Origin: Glaucostegus cemiculus
Taxonomy: Eukaryota
Length of the DNA: 47,692 nucleotides
Direction of reading: 5' to 3'
Assembly (NCBI GenBank): GCA_976551045.1
Contig: CDPCPM010000059.1
Span: forward strand, 9,114,001 to 9,161,692
A program made the position numbers and the translations under genes. Below the pieces are notes generated by a model. It made no database searches. It was given only the letters and a program-made list of their open reading frames with translations, and was not told the origin of the DNA. The first letter of the stretch is position 1. Each line of letters opens with the position of its first letter. This document shows positions 22,520 through 33,429 of the stretch, piece by piece.

Positions 22520-23665
22520 CTATATGCTTTTAGAGTTTAGAAGAATGACAGGTTTTATTAAAACTTTTAAGTTTCTGATGGATATGACATGGGAGATGTC
22601 AAGATGCTTAAAGTAGTGGGAGAAACTCAAAGGTATAGTTACATAGTTACAAGATTAGGGGATAGTCATATAAAATCAGTTTGCAGAGGGTGGTAAATCT
22701 CCTGAGTTCTCTACTGCAGAGATGTGGAGCCTAAATCATCAGGGGATAATTAAAAAGAGGAATTAGACAAATGTTTTAAAGATCAGAGAATGAAGGCTAT
22801 CAAGATAAGATCAGCCATGCTCAGCTCTTCATAGACTGGGCCATAAAATATAAAAGTTGAGACATTAGTGTTGTGTAAAGTTGCAACATAATGTGGCTGT
22901 ACTTGAAGTACTGGGTGCAGTTCTGTTCACCACTCTGGGAAGGATATGATTGTGCTGGTGAGGGCGTAGAGGAGGTTCACCAGGATATTAAAAAACAAAT
23001 GGCTGAAGGAACTCAGCGGGTCAGGCAGCATCTGTGGAGGTAGAGGGATAGTCCACATTTCAGGTCAAGACCCTCCATCAGGACTAACGCAGGGCCTTGA
23101 CTCAAAACATTGACTTTTTACTACTTTACCAGGATGTTGCCTAGACTGGAGTCCTTTCGTTGTGGGGAGAGTTTGGATAGGCTGGGCTTGTTTTCCCTGA
23201 AGCAAAGGAGGCTGAGGAAGACCTGACAGAAGTGTGTAAGATTATGACAAGCACAGATAAGGTAGATTGTTAAAATCTTTTTTCCTGTGGTAGGGGTATC
23301 AAAAACAAGAACGCATAGTTTTAAAGTGAGAGGTAGGAGGTTTAAAGGGGACCTTCAAGATAAGTTTTTTAAATTGAGAATGATTGATACCTAAAGCTCA
23401 TTGCCGGAAGAAGTGGTACAATTACATACCATTAGTACGTTTGAGAGGCATTTAGACAGGCACTTGAATAGGCATGGCATAGAAGGATATGGTCCTAATG
23501 TGGACAATGGGATTACTATAATGGACAAAAAGTTCTGCATGGGCTTGGTGGGTGAAAGAGCCGGTTTCTATATTGTTTGACTCTGTGACTCAAATTGAAT
23601 GGCAGAGTAGGTTTAAGAGGCCAGGTGGCCTACTCCTGCTCTATTTTTGGATGTTCTTATGTTTC
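22520..23665 (+). mobile_element. Old CR1 3' fragment containing a second CR1 fragment (about 22845-23592)
   Basis: Outer piece agagtttagaagaatga...gatcagccatg resumes at aattgaatggcagag...ggcctactcctgctc...gttcttatg. Inner piece has gtactgggtgcagttctg, ggaggctgagg and a (ctgtgact) tail. Confidence 0.75.
22987..23127. mobile_element. Short fold-back Penelope pLTR insertion with TSD accaggat
   Basis: Interrupts CR1 coding sequence; accaggat at 22979-22986 and 23128-23135; two opposed hammerhead-like cores. Confidence 0.8.
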
Positions 23666-25512
23666 TATACTACCTCTCTTGTCAATAGAGTAGCTTGCCA
23701 TGTTATGATTCCTTGAGCACCTAACCAGCTACAATTGTGTGACAGCTGACACAGATGTAGGGTAATTATCAGCTTTCAACCCATGTTACTGTATGTTAGA
23801 TATGATGGAGTTGTGAACAGGAAATCTTTTATCTATGGTGGCTGCTCTTTGGTGAGTTTAAAAGCCACATCTTACAGCTACATCTAAACTAAACTGCACT
23901 GGCATATCCTATGACAATTTCCTCCATCCACTTGCATGTCCCTTGATATGTCTTAGGAAATTTCTGCATCAAAATTTCATGTTTCTCCTCATCTGGATCA
24001 GTTGCACCAAAACAAAATATCTTCTCAATTTTTGGCACATTGTGAAATAATTTCCATTTGAAACTTAATTGAAAATTTTATTTTGGCATTACACAAGACA
24101 TGCCCATGTTTTCAGAGATTTCCTGATGTTGGCATTGAGTATTCTGAAAAAAAATGTTTAACCCATTTTGCAAATAAAACTTAATGTGGTACACCCACAG
24201 TTAATTGCATTGGAATGTAGAACTTATTGTTATGTTAGCCAATGTGGCCACTATATTGTGCAATCAGGAACTCCCTCAGTGAGCAGTAGAATTAAAAACA
24301 ATTTAACCTCTTTTTGACGTTGCTAAATTGGGAGACAAGCTTGCAGAAGGCACTTGGATTTTCAAATTCACTTGTGTGAAAAATAAACATCACACTGGTA
24401 TGGATTAGTGACATAGGAATCACATGACCACGTTAACGGTTCAGTGGTGGAAATGGACATCACCCTGAAGGAGAATATAGGTCCATTGCTATGCAAATCA
24501 AGAATATGTCTTCTATATTAAACACGTGTCTTGAAATTGTATCCATGGTATCCACTTTTGTTTGAGTCAATCCAGTATCTCTTTAAGAGATTACCAGAGT
24601 TTAATTCTCCTAAACTAAGTTAGTAGTACTCATTCTGATTTCAGGTTAAAACTGTGGGTTGCTGATGGGAAGGTATAAAAAGATAGTGTGCTAATTGTTA
24701 CGACTGTTCTGCCTGTGTGTTTTAGCAGCATTTCCCATTTGAGCCAAAATCTAATTTCTAAGTCAAGGAAAACTCTTCACATGCCTCAAAGCCATATTAT
24801 GGAATCTCAGTTGATGAGGAGCCCATCTGAGATTGTAGAGTTCCCTCTTTATTCTGCTGGTGTGTCACCACAGATGGTGCAGGCATGGTCTGAAGAGGAA
24901 GTTGAATCCAAAACATTTGGATCCCAGATAGCTTACATGATACTAAGCAAATGGTTCTCTCTTTTCTGAGGGTTGTAAGTGCATGGAAAATGTTAACATT
25001 CTTTACATTGCTGTAATACTAATTTAAAAAATTTTACCATGAACTGAGCTCCAACTTTCAATTTAGGCATTGGGAATTCAAGGCTGTCTCAGTCAGAGAT
25101 GGTCTTTAGTTGATAAAAGAAATTGAAATGAAATGAAATTTTCAAGATTCCATCCTTGAAAGGCATCAGCCTGAGAACTGGAAAATTGGAGGAGGGTAAT
25201 CATGGATAGCAGTATAATGGACAGGATAATCATATTGATATTGAAAGACAAGTGCGAATAAGATTGTGTTAAATTATTTGAATTTGCACATGGCCAGGGT
25301 GGGTAATAAAGCTTAACATTTGGGATATTAGAATAGCTGTGAATTAAATCATATAATCTAGTTATGAGTAGTGGACTGCTATCCCAACAAGTAACAGTAT
25401 GGTGATCTGCAGACACAAGTATTTCCCAAGTTCAACCCTAGGATTGAGGGACTTTGCAGTGTCTGCTGCAGTAGTTCAAGAAAAAGCACAGTTAGGCCTT
25501 GCCAGAAATTCC

Positions 25513-25935
25513 AGAATCAGAATCAGGTTTATTATCACTGACATTTTTCATGGAATTTGTTGTCTTGTGGCAGCAGTAGAGTGCAAGACATAAAGACATA
25601 AAAATTACTATAAGTTACAAAAATAAATAAATAGTGCAAAAGAGAAATAACGAGGTAGTGTTCATGGGTTCATGGACTGTTCAGAAATCTGATGGCGGAG
25701 GGGAAGAAGCTGTTCCTGAATCATTGAGTGTGGGTCTTCAGGCTTCTGTACCTCCTCCCCAATGGTAGTAATGTGAAGAGGGCATGTCCAAGGTGGTGAG
25801 GGTCTTTAATGATGGATGCAGTCTTCTTGAGGCACTACCTCTTGAAGATGTCCTTGAGGGCGGGGCGGGTTGTGCCCGTGATGGAGCGACTGACTCTACA
25901 ACCCTCTTCAGTCTGTTTCGATCCTGCACATTGGA
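25513..25935 (-). mobile_element. Rex1/Babar-related LINE 3' fragment (different subfamily)
   Basis: (agaatc)n tail plus tttattatcac; peptide QDRNRLKRVV; HP.H.LF..LP.GRRY..L..HT...RNSFFP region readable across frameshifts. Confidence 0.8.
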
Positions 25936-26834
25936 GAAAATGATATGTTTCTGATTACGATATACTTGCCCGTAATAAATGTGAGTTAGATTATGTAGAA
26001 TCAGATGGATTGATGAAACCTAATTAGTTATAAATAACCCACTGGATGAAGAATGTGTGAATTTTGCATTGAACTCACTGCAGTGAAAAACAGCATGGGG
26101 ATGGATTACAAACCTTACATCCAGAAAAGGGAGAGAGGGAAAAGGAAACTGGAAAAGAAATGATTGGGGATTCTAAATTACTGTTTGAACAGAATTAACA
26201 GAATTGAACTGAACTATTCATTTCAGTGACGATGACTAATAGCCACTTGGTGTTGCCAAGTATTTGAATTCAGTTTGATGTATATAAAGTCTATATTGGT
26301 ATATTGCTTCATAAAGTCTGAGATGCAGACTTTATGAACCTTTGGAAGCAATACAATCTTCTTGAATAGATTTTAATACAGTTAAGGGAGAACAGATCAG
26401 ATATATGAAGTTTGTAGTTTGTCACCATTCTGTGGTAAAGAGGTAGATGGGAGGAGGGGATTTCAGGTGTGATGAACCATCATGGGATTATTTAGTTCTA
26501 AGCCAGTGGTCATACCTTGGGCTAATGCAAAGGAAGATGAATGCAATATGTAATTTGATTTGATAGCAATGGACCTATTTCTCAGATGCCTGGACAAACT
26601 AGGCAATGTGCATCGTAATGAGCTTTCAATTTATCACTTTTCCCCTGCTTCACACCGCAGACTCTCTATGATTCTGTTGAGGTTCGGAGTGATTTATGGG
26701 AACACTTCACCCTAAATCAAAAGATGCAGCAAACAATGAAAAGATTAAAGAATGTATTGTGTGAAATTTCAGACTTAATTAGTTGGAAACACAGGTTACA
26801 TTGACCAGTCCCCAGCTATTGACATATTAAAATG

Positions 26835-26869
26835 CACACACACACATGCACACACATACACACACACAC
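26835..26869. repeat. Imperfect (CA)n microsatellite
   Basis: Read directly; a second (CA)n lies at about 28999-29015. Confidence 0.9.
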
Positions 26870-26902
26870 AAATATCCTCCAGCACATCATATAAGTGCTA
26901 TT

Positions 26903-28830
26903 GGAGATACAAGAGTCTGCAGCTGCTGGAATCTGGAGCAACAAATAATCTACTGGAGGAACTCAGTGGGTTGAAAAGCATCTTACAATGGAAAGAAATT
27001 GTCAACATTTCAGGTTGAAACCCTGCATCAGGACTGAGAGTGGAGAGGGAAGATAGCCAGTATAAGGAGAAGAGGGGGAGTGGTGAGACAGGAGCCAGTA
27101 GGTCCTGAGGACTAGGAGGGGTGAAGGGTGACGTGCAGAAGGAGCCAGCTGAGGGGGAGGGGTGAAGTTGGGAGAAAAAAGCAGGTGGATGACAGGTGGA
27201 GGCAGACATATGAGGAAGGGAAGAGTGAAGGTGGAGACAGCTGCTGGAGGGTGAAAAGCAGGAAGACAAAGGCTACCAGTGCTGGACTATGAAAAGTGAG
27301 GACGGTGGCAATGGGAACTATTAGGGAAAATGTAAAGGGCAGATGGAACCAAATGAGGGAAGGACAATCCAGTGGGTTAATTGTGTGGGTAGAAGGTAGA
27401 TGGAACCAAGCGGGGTAGGGGGATGGAAATGGGAGAGGAGATGAAAATGGGAGCTCGGGAGGTGGATCAGAAGGTGAGAGAGGGATGGGGAAGAGAAAGA
27501 CAGGTAAGGGTTTCCTGAATTTGGAAAATTCAGTGTTCGTGTCATAGGGTTGTCGATTACCCAGATAGAATAGGAGATGCTTGCTCCTCTACTATGCATT
27601 GGGCCTCACCCTGGCAGTTCAGAAGGCCAGGCACTGACAGTTCGGTATGGGAATGGGAAGGGAAGTTGAAACAGCATGCAACTGGAAGTTCGGGATGGCC
27701 TTTGCAGACAGAGCACAGGTGCTCTGTGACTCAAGTCATTTAGTCTGTGCTTGGTCTCGCCGATGTAGAGGAGGCCCCGTTGGGAGCACCGAATACAATA
27801 GATGAGGTTGGTAGAGGCGCACATGAATCTCTGGCTTATCTGGAAGGGCTGTTTATGTCCATGGATGGTGGTGAGGGAGGAAGTATAAGAACAAGTGTTG
27901 CACCTCCTGCGGTTGCAGGGGTCAGGGAGGGATGAGTGTGGGGGGATGAGAGGACCAGGGAGTCGTGGAGGGAGTGGTCCCTGAGGAAGGTAGAAAGGGT
28001 TGCAGAGGAGAAGATGTGGCTGGTGGTGGGAACTTGTTGCAGCTTACGGAAATGATGAAGGATGATATGCTGGATGCGGAAACTAATAGTGCGAAAGGTG
28101 AGGACAAGGAGAACTCTACCTCTGGTCTGTTTGGAAGCGGGAGGGTGAGGGTTAAGAGCAGATGTTCAAGAAACAGAGGAAATGTGAGAGAAGGCTCCAA
28201 ACCACAGTAAAAGGGAAACCACACTTCCTGAAAAAGAAGGACATTTTCGATGGCAGGTTTCATCTTGAGAGCAGATGTGGCAGAGATAAAGAAACTGGGA
28301 GAAAGGGAAGACATCCTTCCATGACACAGGGTGGGAATAGGTGTAGTCTGGGTAGCTGTGGGAGTCAATGGACTTAGAGTAAATGTCAGTAGGTAATTTG
28401 TCTCCTGAGATGGAGACAGAGATCTAGTAAAAGGAGAGAAGTGTCAGAAATAGTCCACGTGAATTTGAGAATGGGGTGGAAGTTAGTGGTGAAGGTGATA
28501 AAATTGATGAATTCCACATAGGTGCAGGATGCAGCACCAACATACTTGGCAATGTAATAGAGAAATGGTTGGGAGTGGTACCAGAGAAGGTTTGGAACAA
28601 GGGCTGATCCACAGAGCCAACAAAAAGACCCATGAGAGTGCCTATGGCTACACCTTTGATTTGTAGGAAGTGAGAGCTGTTAAAAGAGAAGTTGTTTAGG
28701 GTTAAGAACAAGTTCAGCCAGGGAAATGAGAGTGTTGGTGGAGGGAAATTAGTTGGATCATTGTGGCAGAAAGAAGCAGAGGGCTTTCAGACCTTCCTGA
28801 TAGAGGTGTATAAAGATTGGACATCCAAGT
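26903..28830 (-). mobile_element. Penelope-like element (Neptune-type), 5'-truncated and decayed: RT, Cys linker, GIY-YIG endonuclease, pLTR
   Basis: LDVQSLYTS (RT motif, about 28803-28829); NNFSFNSSHFLQIKGVAIG; PCNRRRCNTC linker (27891-27920); NLIYCIRCSQRGLLYIGET GIY-YIG; many frameshifts. Confidence 0.92.
27001..27036 (-). ncRNA. Minimal hammerhead-ribozyme-like motif in the pLTR (CpG-decayed, variant core)
   Basis: Minus strand reads agtc CTGATGC AGGGTTTCAACCT GAAAT GTT GAC; layout matches the minimal type I hammerheads described in Penelope-like elements. Confidence 0.6.
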
Positions 28831-29652
28831 GCTTTTCCTTGGTTGTGTGCCAGCCTAAGTAATGAGTGCCATTTCACACAAGGGAATATAACCAATAATT
28901 ATATTGCTAATGGCTAACGTTCTTTAGACAGTTTAAGCAGCCATTCTGAGCCATACCATTGAGTTTTGGCAGGCTATATTTTACAAACTGTCTTAGATAC
29001 ACACACACACACACATTTTATATATGCACTCACTTGTTGTTTCTGGTTAGTAATCAGGCTGAGAGATTTGGTGTATGTTTTAAATAGTCTATGGGTGGTA
29101 ATGAAATGTGGAGTCCACTAATTGTAACTGCTGTTAATTCAACAGGTTATGAATCTTCCCGAACATTATGTCTCTCTTTCAAAATTTGCACAGGCCATGG
29201 TGATAGATCCATTAGATTGGTAGTAAAATTAGACAGATTTACATCAGACTAATCTGAATAATTCTACCTGGATGACAGTCAATGTGGAAGTTTTATTCCT
29301 GAAAAGGGAGACAACTGAGTTTTGGATCTTGCTATAACTGCCACAATGCAAATTGATTTTATGTGTAAACCTCTGTATCTCAATGCTTCAATACATCAAT
29401 GGACTAAGGAAAACTTCAAGAGAACAGTGATTTAGAGGAATGACTGAAATGGTTGATTCATTTCCAGAGTTCAAAATCTTTAAATTAAACACAGACAATA
29501 AATTAAGGATTCTGACATACTGAAATTAAATTAAAAACTTGTGACAAATCATCAAATAGTTTGCAGATTTTTATTCTGGAGAATTCATTGCAAAAATATA
29601 TAAATCTGGAACAGGCACAGCTTTTTAAATGTGCCTTTCCCTTCAACAATGC

Positions 29653-29723
29653 GGGGTTGATGCAGGGTCTGATGCACGGTTTTGACACGCTCCAGATTAG
29701 AGCATCTGCAGTCTCTTGTGCCT
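29653..29723 (+). mobile_element. 71-bp Penelope pLTR-derived mini insertion with 13-bp TSD
   Basis: ccttcaacaatgc at 29640-29652 and 29724-29736; insert ends gctccagatt..agcatctgcagtctcttgtg, the pLTR terminus. Confidence 0.82.
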
Positions 29724-29929
29724 CCTTCAACAATGCTGTTGTTGTTTTGGCTTGGAGCACCTTCTTCCTGAATGCAGCAGTGTACTGTAGTCATGGTAAT
29801 GAGGAAAGCCCAAACTGTGGTGCTTCACACATCAACAACAATTTATATATAAATAATGCCTTTCATCAAATTAATATCCCAAGGCACCACAGGAACATTA
29901 TCAAACAATATTTGATATCATCCACAGAG

Positions 29930-30275
29930 GGTCAGTAGCATAGAAGTTAAGTTTACTCAACTTGCAGCTGGAGTTTTGGACCACTGATCCAGAAACAAGA
30001 GTTTGAATCCCACCAGGGTAGTCGGGGAATTAAAAATGCAAGTAATCAAATAAAAGTCAGTATATTTTTATATAAGAGGCTGATCTTGATAATGGTAACT
30101 GTGAAACTACTGCATTGTACTGAAAGCCCATCTAGTTCCTTACTGTTTTTCAGGGAAGGAAATCTGCCAAGCAAACAGTCTGACTTGTAAATGAATCCAG
30201 TAATGTGCTTACCTCTGTTTGGGGGAAATTAGCACAACATTGGTATCAACACCAAAACCATGAAGGAATAAATGA
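29930..30275 (+). mobile_element. Old tRNA-derived SINE (decayed)
   Basis: B-box-like gagtttgaatccc; internal block tcagggaaggaaatctgcca recalled from a common chondrichthyan SINE; A-rich end. Confidence 0.55.
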
Positions 30276-30321
30276 AAATGCTGGCAACATCATTCCTTAG
30301 ATATATTTTTACCTTGTAAGG

Positions 30322-30985
30322 AGTTGGAATTGGAACTGGAATTAGAATTAGAATTGTGTGATGCTATTACAGTACTAGCAACCCGGGTTCAATTCCGGCC
30401 ACTGTCTGTAAGGAGTTTGTCCCCGTGTCTGTGTGGGTTTCCTCCAGGCGCTCTGGTTCCCTCTCACATTCCAAAGACGTACAGGATAGGAAGTCCTGGA
30501 CATGCTACGTTGGTGCCAGAAGCCTGGTGACACTTGCAGGCTGTCACCAGAACACCCTATGCAAAAAGGTGCATTTCTCTGTGTGTTTCGATGTATGTGT
30601 GACTGATAAAGATACCTTTTCTTATTATTGTCACATGTTCAGAGCTAAAGTGAAAAACTTGTTTTGCACACCGTTCATATAGATTAATTCATTGAGGTAG
30701 TGCAAAGTAAAACAATAACCAAATGCAGAATAAAGTGTAATGGCTGCAGAGAAAGTGTAGTACAGGTAGACAATAAGGTGCAAGGTCATAATGAGCTTGA
30801 ACGTGAGGTCAAGTGTACGTGCTTTCAGACTTTTGTATCTTCTGCCTGGTGGGAGGGAGGAGTAAGAATGACCCAGGTGGATGGGGTCTTTGATTATGCT
30901 GGCTGCTTTACCAAGCCAGCGAGAAGTTTAGACAGAGTCCATGCAGGGGAGGCCAGTTTCTCTGATGTGCTAAGTTGTGCTGGTG
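30322..30985 (-). mobile_element. Rex1/Babar-related LINE 3' fragment whose hexamer tail is split by a SINE
   Basis: (gaattg/gaatta)n tail at 30322-30356; ttattattgtcacatg resumes at about 30622, compared with tttattgtcac in the other Rex1 ends. Confidence 0.65.
30357..30620 (+). mobile_element. V-SINE with a Rex1-like 3' end, 5' end missing
   Basis: B box gggttcaattcc; V domain gtgtctgtgtgggtttcctcc; ends gtatgtgtgactgataaa. Confidence 0.85.
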
Positions 30986-31199
30986 CTCTGATAAGGTTTG
31001 TAAGATGTTTAATGGAATGGAAGGGATTAACCTAGATCAACTTTTTAAATTATGAGTCAGGAATAGAAATTTTAAATAGCAGAGGATAAATTTCAGACAG
31101 ATCTGAGAAGTTTTTTGTTGACATCAATCATAGAAACAACCTCAAGGGAAAAAAGTTGTTAAAATGGTCGTGGGAAAATTTAGAAGCTGAGTCTGCTTT

Positions 31200-32122
31200 T
31201 GATTTTTTTTTCCAATTCACCTTTCAAGATTTAGGCATTTCTGGAAGGACGAGTCTTATTATCCGTTCTTAATTCCCTTTGAGAAGGTGATGTTCAGCTG
31301 AGTTTTTGAGCGACTGTAGATTATCCAGTGAAAACCTTCAGTGATGTTGTGTTGAGAGTTCCAAGATTTAAAGCCAGTAACAATAAAGGAAAGACACATT
31401 ACCAAGTCAGGATTGTGGGTGACTTAGAGGTGATCCTTCAGGGAGTGTTGTTCCTGAATGTCAGCTACTCTTATCCCTTTTAGTGCTTGGATTTTCAGCT
31501 TTGGAAAATGCTTTTGGAATAGCCTCGATGAGTAACTGCCATGGTTTCTGTATTTTGTACCCACTGTAGCCTCAGTTCAAAGTTGAGGAGAGTGAATATT
31601 TAGGATAACAGATGGGGTTCCACTCATGTTACTTCCTTTGTCTTGGATGGTGTGGAGCTCCGAGTGTTGTTCAAACTGGACTTATCAGTCAACTGATAAG
31701 TTGTGGCAAAAATGTTACTTGCTACCTATCAGCGCATGGCTGAAAGTTGTCTAGGTCTTGCTAACACAAGAGGCATGAGCTGTTTTATTTGCTGAGGAGC
31801 TGCAAAAGGAATTGAATATTGTACAATCATCAGTGAACATTCCCACATATAATCTTATGATGGAAGGAAGGTCACTGGCAATGCTGTGAAGGTAATTAGA
31901 ACCAGGATATTATCCTGAGAACTTCCATTAATAACGTCTTGGAGCTCTGCAGACTGACTTGCAAAAAGCATAACCATCTCCATTTGTGCAAGTTAGATCT
32001 TTAGTGAGTAATTTCCTCTTGACTTCATGCCTCCTTGATGCCATATAATGTTAAGTGCTGCCTTGATGACCTCATCACTGCAATTCAGCTTTAGTCCACT
32101 CTTTAGACCAAGGCTCTGAAGA
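31200..32122 (-). mobile_element. Ancient CR1/L2-group LINE fragment
   Basis: ttaattccctttgagaaggtg 3' block; caatcatcagtgaacat (MFTDD, decayed FADD); ccaggatattatcctgaga (QGS.LG-like); gctgccttgatg. Confidence 0.6.
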
Positions 32123-33292
32123 GACAATGTCCGGTGAGGGTGGAATCTTTGATTATGCTGGTTGCTTTACCGAGGTAGTGAGTAGTATAGTAATCCTCCT
32201 TGCCTTCAAAATATTCCTTGCAGCCTAAATCTGAGCAAGCTTCTAATTACCTGTTATACTATCATCTTATGTGGTTTGGCTTCAAATTCTATTTGGCAAC
32301 TCCCCTGTAAAACACTTCGACTTTGAAATAGGTTAAAAATGTTTTATAAAAGCAGGCCATCATTGTTGTTAATCAAAAACATTTGTAATATTTCAAAATA
32401 CGCTTTGTTCAGTCTTGGTTTAGTTTGAAATTACTCTGTATTAACTCAAGGATAACATTAATCCTTGCAATCTCTTGTCTTGCCAGAGAAATTCTATGTT
32501 TGTGACTTCATGCATTTATATTTCTGGCAGTGAGCTGGCTTCATCTGAGCCTTTTTCAGCTTATTTTGCAACCAATAAATGAATGTGTTGTGGAACGACA
32601 TGATTGATTGCTACATTGAACGGAATGTTTCCCATGCTGACAAGATTCTAGAAATGCCTTGCAAAGATAGCCAAATAACCAAGTATAAATAATGTCCCAT
32701 TTAAACTTAGATATGTTTAGAACTTGTTTGATTTACCTTCGTGAACAAACCTCATTAGTCCTTAATTGATAAATTCGACAAGTTCTTGGAAGTTCTTTCA
32801 CACATGAACTAAAGCACTACTTAGTTACCAAGATACTTTCCTTGCCATTGAATCATTTGAACAATCCTTTCAGACAAAATGCTTAATATCTCTGGGACAT
32901 AAAAATCTCTTCAAAGAGCCTCCAAAATAATGGGAAATGATTTGCAGGTAATCTCTTACATAATTTGATAAAATATGCAGATTACCTCACAATTCCTCAC
33001 TCTTGTGAGGAAACCATTGGTATTTCTGCCTTCTTGGTATTGATGATTCGTGTTGTAGTATGTTTCCATGTGTGCTAGCAAATACTGTTAGCTATTTCAA
33101 ATGACTAGTTTTTGGTCAATTCTGATGGCAACCATCCTCAAGTTCTTCTTCAAAAAAGATATCAGAGCCATGAGTATTCTGGTATTGGAATCCAGTTGAG
33201 AAACCACTTGTATTTACATTCATATCCTTCATTTGCCTAAGAAAAAGAATACATTTATGTGTATAAAGAGTCATGCAGGCAACAAACTAACA

Positions 33293-33358
33293 TGACCCAG
33301 GTTTTGCAGTGAAAGTCACATAAGGAAGTGTGACTATTTAATCACAAAATCTGGGTCA
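33293..33358. repeat. 66-bp hairpin or miniature inverted-repeat element
   Basis: tgacccaggttttg / caaaatctgggtca (13 of 14) plus inner agtcaca / tgtgact. Confidence 0.75.
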
Positions 33359-33429
33359 ATTTTGGTTTGTTGCACACATGTTTCTGAATTTACTTATTAT
33401 TATTACTCTTCCTCCCTCTTCCTCCTCTT

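Noticed and set aside
24491-24682. Octamer ATGCAAAT plus TATA-like gtataaaaag as an immunoglobulin-type promoter
   Set aside because: No leader exon, V segment or recombination signal follows, and the octamer also occurs at several unrelated positions (for example about 1857, 33824, 45241).
29503-29938. Overlapping ORFs of 85, 125 and 69 aa
   Set aside because: They run through the 71-bp pLTR insertion and its TSD and show no protein motifs.
30324-30530. ORF beginning MELELELELEL
   Set aside because: Translation of a hexamer LINE tail followed by a SINE.
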